Positions 44,046-57,759 of a stretch of DNA of 64,000 bases are shown piece by piece; positions within the stretch are counted from its first letter, which is position 1; each line of letters opens with the position of its first letter. This DNA is from the human T2T-CHM13v2.0 reference genome, Homo sapiens. A model generated the notes under the pieces. The model worked only from the letters and a program-made list of their open reading frames with translations. It was not told the origin of the DNA and did no database searches. The translations under genes were made by a program, and so were the position numbers. The stretch is from the NCBI RefSeq assembly GCF_009914755.1, contig NC_060935.1; one strand, 5' to 3'.

Positions 44046-44482
44046 GGTGAAGAAATTGGGAAAGGGTGTGGCAAAGCTTGCTTTTCTCCTTCCAGGACAG
44101 TCAGGGCCATTCACGGGGTGGAGTAGGGTGGGGGATTCAGGTCAGGTTATCTTGGGCAAGGAATATCATCATTCATTCATTCATCCATTCATCCATTGCA
44201 TGCGCTTTTATTTTGTGCCCTCAAGGCATCCTCAACGAAGTAGGGAAACAAACAGATAAACTTACACTTGTGAGGCCCTGTGATAAGGGGTTCTGCAGTG
44301 GCTTCTAGAGAAGGAGATGTTTGAATGAGTTTTAGAAGATGAATAGGTGCTACTAGGAAGAGATATTGGCATTCCAAACAGAAGATGAAACAGAACATAC
44401 AAAGCCATCAAATATGCAACAGCACAACGGGTCCCAGGGGATGTAAGAGGGAAGTCATAAAAGTTATTTATCCTATTTCAAG

Positions 44483-44651
44483 TTTTCTACTTTCTTTTCT
44501 CCCCCTTCCCCTTCTACTTCCTCTTCCCCTTCCCCTTCCCTTCCCCTCCCTTCCACTCCTTTCCCCTCCCTTCCCCTCCCCTCCCTTTCCCTCCCCTCCC
44601 CTCCCTTTCCCCTTCCCTTTCCCTCTTTCTTTCTCTTTCTTTCTTTCTTTC

Positions 44652-44703
<52 letters not shown>

Positions 44704-44857
44704 TTCTTTCTTTCTTTCTTTCTTTTTTCTTTTTCTTCCTTCCTTCCTTCCTTCCTTCCTTTCTTTCTTTCTTTCTTTCTTTCTTTTTTCTTTCTTTCTT
44801 TTCTTTCTTTCTTTCTCTCTTTCTCTGTCTCTCTCTTTCTCTCTTTCTTTCTTTTTT
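44483..44857. repeat. Polypyrimidine tract (CCCTT/CCCCT/CTTT/CCTT/CT)
   Basis: About 375 bp with only a handful of purines. Confidence 0.95.
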
Positions 44858-45131
44858 GACAGAGTCTCACTCTGGCTGGAGTGCAGTGGCACCATCTTGG
44901 CTCACTACAATCTCTGCCTCCCAGGTTCAAGCAATTCTTGTGCCTCACCCTCCTGAGTAGCTGGGACTACAGATGCATGTCACCATGCCTGACTAATTTT
45001 TTGTATTTTTTGGTAGAGACAGGGTTTCACCGTGTTGGCAAGGCTGGTCTCAAACTCCTGACCTCAAGTGATCCAGCCACCTTGGCCTCCCAAAGTGTTT
45101 GGATTACAGGTGTGAGCCACTGAGGCTAGCC
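44858..45131 (-). mobile_element. AluS
   Basis: Dimer; 16-bp TSD agttttctactttctt at 44481-44496 and 45133-45148. Confidence 0.93.
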
Positions 45132-45160
45132 CAGTTTTCTACTTTCTTAGTATTTGTTGG

Positions 45161-45551
45161 TGATATGGTTTGGCTCTGTGTCCCCACCCAAAACTCATGT
45201 TGAGTAGTGATCCCCAGTGTTGGAGGTGGGACCTAGTGGGAGGTGATTGAATCATGGAGGTGGTTTCTAAAGGTTTAGCATCATCCGCCTGGTTCTGTCT
45301 TGTGATAGAGTTCTCATGAGATCTGGTTGTTTGAAAGTGTGTAGCGCCTCCCTCTTTGCTCTCTCTCCCTCCTGTCGTGCAGGACGTGCTGGCTTCCTCT
45401 TTGCCTTCCTCCATGATGTAAGTTTCCTGAGGACTCCCCAGCCATGCTTCCTGTACAGCCTGTGGAACTGTGAACCAATTAAACCTTTTTTCTTTATAAA
45501 TTACCCAGTCTCAGGTAATTCTTTATAGCAATGTGAGAATGGACTAATACA
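45161..45551 (+). mobile_element. MSTA-like (MaLR) solo LTR
   Basis: tgatatggtttggctctgtgtccccacccaaa...ccaattaaacctttttctttataaattacccagtctcaggta...ggactaataca. Confidence 0.9.
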
Positions 45552-45649
45552 GCGGACTTGTACTTGGCCTCCTTAGAGTTGGGTTCCACTCTATGGCCGT
45601 TTGACAAGGAGTAGTGAGCAGAAGTCACTTGTGCTAGGGCATTTTATTA

Positions 45650-45884
45650 TTGACATGAAAACTTTCCAAACTCTCTTTTCTTTTATTACAGTGACTGGTA
45701 ATGTTTAAGATGGCAGCTGTTCTCTTAGAGTAGGTGTGGAGAGAGGAGACATGGAACAGAGTCCCTAGTTCTGTTCTATTCCATATCGTATAGTTTACAG
45801 AATAATACCTCTTATTGCTACAAGTCAGCAAGACTTTGAGGTCGTTTGTTACTGCAGCATAACCTACTCTATCCTGACTTGTCA
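45650..45884 (+). mobile_element. Old MLT1 LTR 3' fragment
   Basis: tttgttactgcagcataacctactctatcctgact end motif. Confidence 0.5.
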
Positions 45885-46239
45885 GGTAAATATAGCTTAA
45901 AGAAATAGCAATATTTGGTTTCCTTTTCCCCCCTTTTCAGACCCACCCTCACTCTCAAGACATAGGGCAGAGTTAAAGAATTTCAAAGGCAGCTTTGAAT
46001 GAGAAATGTCAAAAATGAAGACTGTCCATGTGTGTGCAGTTGGAGTTCCCACCCAACTCTTTGCCTTTGGCGAGGGAAGGTATTGTTCAGGGATTGGCTG
46101 TAAACATGGTGCTTTGGGTTTCCCTGGCGGCAATTGCCTCCCTGAGCCACTGCCCAGCACCAGTGTGTGGGTTCCTCCAGCTGGGTCCCACGGTGATTCT
46201 CCATAATAATGATGCCACTTTCCTTTGCACAGTTCTCTG

Positions 46240-46440
46240 CCCAGGGTAATGTGCTTTCACATATTTTACTTCGCTGACACATCACAACAACTAGTGAGGT
46301 TGGTGTTATGATTAATCTCATTTCACAAATGAAAAAACGAGGTCAAAAAGGTTATGTGACTTGTGCAAGATCACACAATTAGTAAATTTTAGAGACATGT
46401 TTCAATTTGGGGTCTGCTGATACCAGCCTATGAATTCTTT
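46240..46440 (-). mobile_element. MIR SINE
   Basis: catttcacaaatgaaaaaacgagg...gttatgtgacttgtgcaagatcacacaattagtaa. Confidence 0.75.
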
Positions 46441-46817
46441 CTGCTCAATGTCTTCTGCCTCCCCCTACTATTTTTTTCCCCACCGAGGATGGTTCAGCCT
46501 GCCTTTCTAAATACACCCAGAAACACAGAGTTTTCAATTCATAATAGTGATGGCTTCAGGGACAAAGTGAAACAAACAAACAAACAAAAAAACAACCTTG
46601 TAGGAAGTTTCTTTCCAGCTATTCACTTTTTTCCCATCAGAAAAAAATGTAAGGGGTATCGTTATGATCTTCCAAATACTTTTATTATAAATATGCAATG
46701 TCTATTTGTCCATCCCTACACAGACCCAGATTTTAGCTTTGAGGAGCTTAGTCTTTTCCGAGTCTTTTCTACTGCAGAGCTTTGGCTCATTCTAGAATGT
46801 TTTAGACTGTAGCATAC

Positions 46818-46819
<2 letters not shown>

Positions 46820-46848
<29 letters not shown>

Positions 46849-47124
46849 ACACAGCCTCGCTCTGTCTCCCAGGCTGGAGTGCAGTGGCATGATCTTGGCT
46901 CACTGCAACTTCTGCCTTCTGGGTTCAAGTGATTGTCTTGCCTCAGCCTCCTGAGTAGCTGGGATTACAGGTGAGTGCCACCACGTCCTGCTAATTTTTC
47001 CTATTTTTAGTAGAGACAGGGTTTCACTATGTTGGTCAGGCTGATCTCAAATTCCTGACCTCAAGTGATCTGCCCACCTCAGCCTCCCAAAGTGCTGGGA
47101 TTACAGGTGTGAGCCACCGCATCC
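46820..47124 (-). mobile_element. AluS
   Basis: Full dimer, T26. Confidence 0.95.
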
Positions 47125-47727
47125 TGTAGCGTCCCTTCTCCACGGAGCCTTTCCTAATCACCCCAAATCTATTCTGGTTTGGTTCTTATCCTGTAATGTC
47201 TTCTATTATGCCTAGCTGTAAACATGTCTGACTTCCTCACTGAAATGTGAGCTCTTGGTGAATAGGGACTGTGACATACACATTTTCGAGGGGGCTGATG
47301 TAATAGATTAGAAGGCCCTGGGTTTTAGCATGAGCTCTGTCATTTGCTAAAGTCTGTAGCCTTTGACAAACCATGTCACTTCTCTAGGCCTCAGTTTTCT
47401 TTTTTGTAAAATATGAGTGTTGGGATAAAGGCTTCAAAGGCCTATGATCTCTCACATGCAAACATTCATATCTATGTGCAATTTCTTTAGAAATGATTCA
47501 AAATATTTATCAGATTCTTAAAGAGGTCTGTAATCTAAGAAAGTTTACAAAACAATAAAGAATATTTGTTTCCTTCAAGCTCTAACATTCTGAGACTGTT
47601 TTTAAAAAATCCATCAATCAATGGAGCAGAACAGAAAGCCCAGAAATAGACCTAACACTTATATAGTCATTTGATTTTTGACAAAAGTGCAAAAGCCATA
47701 AAGAAGGGAAAAAAAGTCTTTTAACAA

Positions 47728-47969
47728 TTTTTTTTTTTTTTTTTCCTGAGACAGGCTCTGTTTCTGTCACTAAGCAATCCTCCTACCTCAGCCTCTTGAG
47801 TAGCTGGGACCACAGCTGCATGTCACCATGCCCAGCTAATTTTTTGTTTTTCATAGAGCATGGGTCTTGCTATGTTGTCCAGACTCGTCTTAAACCCCTG
47901 GCTTCAAGCAGTCCTCCTGCTTCAGCCTCCCAAAATTCTGGGATGACAGGCATGAGCCACCACACTGGC
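47728..47969 (-). mobile_element. AluJ with an internal deletion
   Basis: Right arm shortened; TSD aacaatttt. Confidence 0.85.
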
Positions 47970-48099
47970 AACAATTTTTACTGAAAACAACTGGATATTT
48001 ATATGGAAAAAAAATTTTCCTTGGTCCCTACCATATATGAAAATTAATTTGAGATGGATTACAGACCTGAATGTAAAAGCTAAAACTACAAAGTTTCTA

Positions 48100-48392
48100 G
48101 GCCAGGTGTGGTGTCTCACACCTGTAATCCTAGCACTTTGGGAGGCTGAGGTGGGCAGATCGCTTGAGTCCAGGAGTTTCAGACCAGCCTGGGCAACCCG
48201 GCAAAACCCCATGTCTACAAAAAATACAAAAATTATCCAGGTGTGGTGGCAAGCACCTGTAGTCCCGGCTACTAGGGAGGCTGAGGTGGGAGAATTGCTT
48301 GAGCCTGGAAGGTCAAGGCTTCAGTGAGCCATGATCGTGTCACTGCACTCCAACCTGTGTGACAGAGTGAGACCCTGTCCTAAAAAAACAAA
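48100..48392 (+). mobile_element. AluJb-like (1st of tandem trio)
   Basis: Full dimer. Confidence 0.92.
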
Positions 48393-49052
<660 letters not shown>

Positions 49053-49755
49053 TTACAAATGGCCAATAAGTACATGAAAATATACTCAACAATGAGATAC
49101 CACTACATGTCTATAAGAATAGCTAAAATGTAAAAGGCAGCCAACATCAAATGTTGGCAAAGATGAGGATTAACTGTAACTCTCATGCATTATGAGTTGC
49201 AGTACACAGACACTTTTGAAACCAGTCTGGTAGTTTTTTTGTAAAACTAAACATATATCTATCTTATGATGCAGCACTACCACTGCTAGTTATTTATCCA
49301 AGAAAAGTAAAGACAAGTATCCGTAAAGTGACTTGTAGAAGATTCATAGCAACTTGATTGATTAAAGCCCCAACCTGGAAACAGCCCAGGTGTTCATCAA
49401 CAGGAGAATGGATACAAATAAAAGAATACCACTCAGCAGTAAAAGGGAACAAACTACTGATACATGCCTCAATACAAATGAATCTCAAAAATGTTGTGCC
49501 TTACATTGTGAAGGAAGGCTGGCACCAAGAGTACATACTGCATTATTTTATTTATGTGAACTTCTATAATAGGCAAAACTAATATAAAGTGAAAAAATCA
49601 CAACAGTGGTGTCTTCTGGAGGACAGGAGTGGGGTTTAATTGGGAGGATCATGAGGAAAACTTCCAGGGTGATGGTCATGTTCTACACCTTGATAGGATT
49701 TTGGTTTACACATGGGTATGCATTTATCAAAGCTCATTGAATGTTACACTTAAGA

Positions 49756-50040
49756 TTTCTTTCTACTTTTTGAGACAGGGTCTCACTCTGTTGCCCAGGC
49801 TGGAGTGTGATTGAGCAATCTTGACTCACTGCAACCTCCACATCCTGAGTTCAAGTGATTCTTCCAGTTTAGCCTCCTGAGTAGCTGAGACTACAGGCAT
49901 GCACCACCATGCCCAGCTAATTTTTGTATTTTTTGGTAGAGATGGGTTTTTGCCATGTTGGCCAGGCTGGTCTCAAACTCCTGACCTCAAGTGATCCAAG
50001 AAAGTGCTGGGATTATAGGCGTGAGCCAACACACCTGGCC
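49756..50040 (-). mobile_element. Alu (J/S)
   Basis: Dimer, TSD acacttaagattt. Confidence 0.92.
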
Positions 50041-50346
50041 GATACACTTAAGATTTGTGCATTTCATGGTATGTAAATTTTTCTTTAACAAAAATAACCA
50101 TAAACAAATACTGAAGACTAATGATTTGCATGCTGAAGTGTTTCAGGGTGAACTGCACTGATGTCTGCAATTTACTCTGAAAAGCATCCAAAAACATAAG
50201 GTAGATTGATGGGGGATATGAGAGATGGCTAGATGGTCGATGGACAGATATGTGATAAATATAGAAAAATGATAATTGGCGAATCTAGGAGGTGAGTATA
50301 TGGGCGTTCACTATACAGTTCTTTCAACTTTTTTGCTATGCTTTAA

Positions 50347-51018
<672 letters not shown>

Positions 51019-53869
51019 GATCTGTGTTTGGTGCTGTGGGGGAATTAGAAGTGAGTCATGTGGTCCCTGACCTCAAAGGACTCCAGCACGCATCCCATCA
51101 ATCTGCAGAAGGAGAGGACAGACTGCAAAAATGGGACCAGCCTCGGGGCTGGACACAAGTGGCTGGGAAACGTCCGCAGCAGGTCTCATTCCCCGGGAGG
51201 CGAGGATGAAAATTACAGGTGACACATGGGTCAATGGCCTGTCTCCTGACTCAAGACACACAAGGAAGAGACTCTTTGAAGCCTCAGGAGCAGACACTCA
51301 ATTGGATAGCGCCTGGGATTTGAAGGTCTGCCATAGAGTCCGAAGAGAGGGGGAAAACACTCGCAAACCACCCAATCACAGGGACCCCTGTGGCTCCTCA
51401 CCCACCCTCCACCCTCCACCTTCCACTTATTCCACTCCTCTCGATTGTCAATTAAAATAAACAGCCTTGTATTCCACGGCCTGGCTTCAATCTATCTTGG
51501 CTGGGAGGATACGCACAGATTTGTGGCAGTGCCTGAAAGTCCTTGCTCAACCTTTTTAATATCTGAACAAAGCAATCAAACCCGATAAGATCTAGCGAAG
51601 GCAAGATCAATCTTCTGTCCCCGGGATGGAAGCTTATTAGTCTGTGGCCCACATCATCAGAGTTATTGTGCCATGTTAAATTTATTGGTACTATCTCACC
51701 TCATTAAATACTTAAATAGACCTGACAGGACAGAAAAACGGGCTTTTTAATTTTTTTCCTCTCTCCAAAGGGAGCTGGTGTTTCCCATGTCCCAGTTCAC
51801 CTCTGCTGCAGCTGTTGGCAAAGAAGTGAGAAAGCCTGGCCCTGCGCAGAAGGTTCGGGCCGGCTGCGTGGTGGCTCCCAGGGTCCTCCTGACTCTGACC
51901 TGCCTTGGGCCAGAAGTGAAGAAAGCACCTTGGAGTGTGTGTCCATGAGAAGGAGGTGAAGAAGAGGCAGAGGGCAACCATGGCATTTATTCTCTTTGCC
52001 AAGTTACCCAAATCTGTGTGACTTTTTACATTTTCTAAGAGAAACCTCATCAGTCATTTAGCCAGGACAATTGCCAGAAATAAAGGTCGGGCTCACTGAG
52101 GAGAGAGGAAATAGGGAGTGTGTAGGGGAGTGTGGAAGTGGAGTGGGGGCGAGCTCACAGCAGCTCCCGTCCATCCCCCAGCACTGGGGCTTGTGGTCTT
52201 TATTTAGCAGATAGCCCTGGTATCCAGGGTTGGATTCCAGCCAAGGCCAGGATTTCCCCAGATTCTGAGCTAGAGAACTTGGCAGGCTGGTGAAGCCTTG
52301 CAGAGAGCCACTAGCCTGAAGGTTTCAAACAAATTACAAATGATGAGAGGTGGGAGTCAAAGAACGCGGATGTTGCTTGGTCCTATTTCTTTCCCCAGAC
52401 CCCCTCATGACCATCCCCCAATTTTGTGTGTGTGTGTGTGTGTGTGTTCAGAGGGCAGAGTGCAAATTCAGGAACTCGAGAAACTTTGCAACCTAGAAAA
52501 TATTCCTTAAACAGTTTCATCAGAAGTTGATTATTTTTTTTCTCATTTATCAAGCCAATTTTCTTCTCAGCCAAGGTGATTTGGGACACAGCCTCCCTGC
52601 ATCCCCTTCCTCTCCTTATATCTCTACCTGCAGAGAAGGTCTCTTTTCTCCAGCTGTTTCCCTCTCCCAGCCGAGGTCCTCGTTTGCACCTTGTTAATAA
52701 GGTGGGCAAAGGGCCAGGAAGCAGCTCTTGGGTGCCTTCCGTTCCTAATGTCCTAAATGGCCATGACACTGTGCTTAATTTCCGTCTTAGTGCAATGGCT
52801 GGCGGGACATCAGCGGGCTGAGACCCGGGTCCTGTGACAGTATCTTCAACCGTGGCCATCAGCCTCCCTGTAATTAGAAGCCACGTGGAGCCCGCTGTCC
52901 TGCAGTGCCAGAGCTCCGTGGACTTATGTAACTGTCCCCCTGTTCAGAGCACAGGCTCTTTACAAGCTCTGAGTCTCCCAGCGTTAAAACAGCTATAATC
53001 CTTTGCCCACCCTGGGAGGGAAAGCAGGCCATGACCAGATGGGTTATCTATGTGATCAGCTTAGAATAGTGTGGGGCACGTAAAACCCTGCGCTTGTGCA
53101 GAAAACCTAGATGGTTGACATTTACCAACTGGGGAGCATCACTCTTTATCTTTTTTGGAGTGTTCCATAGTAGACTTAGGGAAGTGAGACGGTCAGAAGC
53201 CCTGGGTGGGGACTTCTGTTGCTTTCAGTGCACATCAAAAAATGTTAAGTAGGGAGCAAAATGGAATGTTAAGCATTGTGGTTGAGCTATGTTGGTAATG
53301 AAAGACTGCCAATCATGACAAGGGTTTTGGGAGAATTGGAAGTCTGCCTGAACATGTGGATATAAAGACCCAGTTTGGTTTGAACCAAAGGGGGGTTTGG
53401 ATGGTGGGTGGGGGAGGGTGGAGGAGGTGATTAATTACTGCCTGGGTGGCAGTATTTCTTCATTTAGAAGTTGCAGCCTCAATTATCTTTAATTACTTCC
53501 CTGGTGGCCTTAAATCCAGGGTGAATCCAGAATGGGGGTCAGCTGCTGGGGTATGTGTCTCGGGTGGGCTGGCAAAAGGTGGGCAAGGGGTTAGAGGGTC
53601 ACTTTTGGGCACACGTGGATGGGGCTATTTCAGATCATCCCTTCCCTCCAGGACTCAGTGATAGAACTGACAATAATCAAAACCTGAATTAATACTACCC
53701 CAGATACACAGAGCATCTTCAGAGGAGTGCAGTGCCTCTTCTGAGTCATTTGTTTTTGTTTGTCTTCATTGACCCATTAGGGGGGCCAGAAGGTGTGAGT
53801 GGGGACTCTCCTTCCCATTTTATGGATGGACAAAAGAAACCACTTATATCTATGCAGCAGGTTGGAGGC

Positions 53870-54076
53870 CATGCTTCTCTGCTTTTGTCTGAGCAATCTC
53901 CTCTCCCAAACCCATGGATAGGAATCACCTAAGGTGCTCATTAAATATACAGATTCCCACACTAGATGTATGGGATAGATGTATGGAATCAGAATTCTCA
54001 GGGGTGGCCAAGGTTTTCAATATTTTTAACAGGCTTCCCAAGTCCCCCTTATGGGACTGGCATTTGGGAACCACAG
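53870..54076. mobile_element. MER5A/B-like (hAT-Charlie)
   Basis: gaatcacctaaggtgctcattaaatatacagattcc...gaatcagaattctcaggggtgg...tttttaacaggcttccc...tttgggaaccacag. Confidence 0.65.
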
Positions 54077-55240
54077 CACCAGGCATGTCCTTACATTCTA
54101 AGCAGGGGGAGACCAGCTCCTTACCTCCTGGAAGCCTCCTGATCCCTGTGCCCTCCTCCTCATTCTGCAAGTTTTCAAACTTGTCAGGGCTGGAGATGGT
54201 ATTTTCAAAATCCAGGTCTCATTTGCGAGGCAATAAAAAAAAAGAGAAAAAAGTGATCTGAAATGTGGCAGGCTTTTCTTTAACATCTGCCTACTTGCCT
54301 GGGGGAGGATGAACGTGGGAGGTGTGAACTTATAGAGCACTATGGAAAGGGAGGTGAGCTCAGGTACAGACGTTCACTCTCCCATCTCGGAGCTTGAGTC
54401 GCCTTATTGGTAAGATAGTGGGATTGGTCAGGGCAATTGCTACAAGCCCTTCCTTCTTAGAATTCTAGGATTCTCCAGTCTTCAGGCCGAACTTATTCCC
54501 CCATGGCCTAATATCAGGGAAGAACATTTCAGCTTCTAGGTGTGGAAAAGAAGTTGGAGCACCTTATGTATCACTCACAGCATAGCCTGTTGCCTCCTCA
54601 GCACAATAGGAGTCTCTCTGGCCTCTCTTCCATCTGTCTCCCACTTCATCTCTCACTCCATCCCCATTAAACAAAGATGGGGTCCCAAAGCAGATCACCC
54701 CACCCCTTGTCCAAATAAAGCCCCTGAAAATCATCTACTGATCTACTCTCTGTTGCTCAGGATGTCTGGGCCATTTTCTGCTTTCATGTAGTCCTTTCTT
54801 CCCAGACTGGAGAATTTCTTTTAGCTTCCTACTCCATACTTGAGTGTCGGATCCCCGGGTGGCCCTTCTTAATTTATTGAATATAAATTATGCTCTCAGA
54901 GACAAATATCTCTTCCCTTCCTGCTTCTTATGATCTTATTGCCCCCAACTCAAAATGCAGGACACTTTCTCTCAATGGAATCTTATGCATCCAAGTTCTC
55001 AGCTACTTCAAGGCATTAGGAAGAGTTAACTGGCAAGTTGCTGTTGTCTCTTTTAGCCTGGTTCCAATGCCAGGGGAATTTATGAGTTTTATCCCAGGCA
55101 GACCTCAGGATGACTCCAGGGTATTTGGCCTTAAATAATAGAATTGCTGTTCACAATTGACCACTGATTAGCATCTGCTTGTAGCTTCATAAAATATGGT
55201 CTTTGGGAGAAAAGCTGGAAATCCTGACATGACTACTTTG

Positions 55241-55819
55241 CTGTTTTTATTTTTTTTTATGCTTTAAGTTCTAGGCTACATGTGCACAATGTGTAGCTTT
55301 GATACGTAGGTATACATGTGCCATGTTGGTTTGCTGTACCCATCAACTTGTCATTTACATTAGGTATTTCTTCTAATGCTATCCCTCCCCTTTCCCCCCC
55401 TTCCCACAGGCCCCAGTGTGTGATGTTCCCTGCCCTGTGTCCAAGTGATCTCATTTTTCAGTTCCCACCTATGAGTGAGAACATGTGGTGTTTGGTTTTC
55501 TGTCCTTGTGATAGTTTGCTGAGAATGATGGTTTCCAGCTTCATCCATGTCCCTGCAAAGGACATGAACTCATCCTTTTTTATGGCTGCATAGTATTCCG
55601 TGATGTATATGTGCCACATTTTCTTTACCCAGTCTATCATTGAAGGACATTTGGGTTGGTTCCAAGTCTTTGCTATTGTGAATAGTGCTGCAATAAACAT
55701 ATGTGTGCATGTGTCTTTATAGTAGCATGATTTATAATCCTTTGGGTTTATACCCAGTAATGGGATTGCTGGGTCAAATGGTATTTCTAGTTCTAGATCC
55801 TTGAGGGATCGCCACACTG
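55241..55819 (-). mobile_element. L1PA (about PA7-8) 5'-truncated insertion
   Basis: ORF 55458-55817 is the ORF2p C-terminus (LKDLELEIPFDPAIPLLG...MFSLIGGN*); L1PA 3'UTR; perfect 15-bp TSD gacatgactactttg. Confidence 0.96.
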
Positions 55820-57759
55820 GACATGACTACTTTGAATTCAACTGAAGAGGCATCTACTGATGGCCACTATGTTCCCACCACAGTCCTGGCCACTACAGAT
55901 GCAGGAAGACACCAAGAGGAAGAAGACATAGACCCTGCCCAGTTAGTAGTGATAGGGTGCAGGGTAGTTGTATCTGAAACATTCAGAGAAGCAAAGCACA
56001 GTTAAAAGGACCTTCAAAAGTTGCAACACTGAAAGTTTAACCCTGCCCTGTGACAGGGTTAAGCTACAAGCATGCAGTGTCTGCTTTGAACTCAGTATAT
56101 TGGAAAATATTTCCTTTCCTCCCTAAGAAGGGTAGGGGGTCTCTCCAGTATTTTCACAAGTACGTAGCGAGATTCAGGCTTTTGACAGTGGTGAGTTCCT
56201 TTTTTTTTTTTTTTAATGGAGGATACTGACCTTTGTCAATACGCAAAGATAGAGAGGTCTGTGTGCTAAAGCAGGAGGTTAAGAAATCTGAGAATTTATG
56301 CCAGATTCACTGATTTCCTAATTTATTCCCTGATTCATGTATTGATTCTTTGATATACTGCCTGATAGATTAATGATTAATTCATTTATTCAATAAACAT
56401 CATTGGATTTCTTTATACAAGCTCTTATCCAGGAAAATCAAGCTGAATGTTTTTCTTCCTTCTGGTATCTCTTTTCTTGGTTTTCTTCCAAAGCAATTAA
56501 GAGAAGGTAGAGAGAGGGGAAGATATCGAATTTGACTCCTCTGGGATACATACCCTTCCCGATGCCAGTCCCCAGAGAAAGAGAGGGCCTTGAATGTGGA
56601 GAGAGGGAGAAGCATCTTCTTGGCATCTGAATTCCTCTCCTTTTCTTTGTCTGCTTCTCCAGCCCTCTCCGCCTTTGCTTGTTCCTTTGTTTCCTGAGTT
56701 TTTCAGGCTGGGGCTGGGTGGTCTGGAGGGATCAGCCACTCCGTTTGCCCCGTAGTTTCCCCAGTCTTGCTATCCTGCCTTCTTCCGCAGCAGTCCAGGG
56801 AGTTGGAAGCATCTGGTACTCCTGTCTCCTGAGAGCCTTTTTAATATTATTTCATTTCTTTTAACCTTTATTAAGACAAACATTGAGCATAGAACAGTCT
56901 ATACTCCCACTAGAGACACTCTCCATTTTGATATTAAAAAACAAAACAAAACAAAACCTAAACCCACCCAACCTGAGGCCTGGAGGAGAGAGAGAGGAGA
57001 TAAAAAAAAAAAAGAAAAAGAAATATCCTAGAGATATTTTTACCTTCAAAGATCCATCACTCATTACTGCATATCACAGACACGTCTACAATCTCATCTT
57101 CTTACAATTCTCCGTGAAATAAGTGTAAATGGAAAATAATACCCCATTTTGAAAGTTCAACAAAATGTCTCTATCCACCAAATGTAGCCCCAGCTGTCTC
57201 ATTTTCAGAAACAAAGCCTGATTTTAAATAGCAGCTCACCACCCAAATAAACACCGGCAGCTCTATCCAGCTCCACACGGCAGAGGCTGTAATTGCCTTC
57301 CCAGGCTACATGGAATGGCCTTCTGTGATGGCCAAATGCCCCAGCTCCAGCAGGTCTTGGGGGCCTTCCCTTTGTAGTGGGAGAAATCATAGACTTTTGT
57401 AAACATTTAAAGCTGTCTCTTCCTTACCACTTGGGGATAGTCTCCTAGGTTACCAGCCCCCTTGGAATCCCCTTCCCACTGCAGACCTTAGCATGCATAC
57501 ACTGTCACCCCGAGCAAGGGATGACGAGCGAGGGATGACGAGGTGAAGAGAAGGCTCTTCGCTCTGGAGCCAGTGCCTGATTTCCACTTTGATAGACAAA
57601 CGGCGTGTGACTGTAGATTGGGTTCCCTGCGGTGAATGGAAAAGGTGCTTAGAAACACAAAGAGGGGGAAAAGCTCCTACCCAGAAGGTTTAACCTCCCT
57701 TTCCTAACTAGCTCTATGGCAATGAGCAAATATTTGAGATTCTTGGCTCCTCATTTTCT

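Noticed and set aside
44385-44960. ORFs of 140-191 aa rich in F/S/L/P or K/E/R
   Set aside because: They are translations of the stop-free polypyrimidine tract plus Alu
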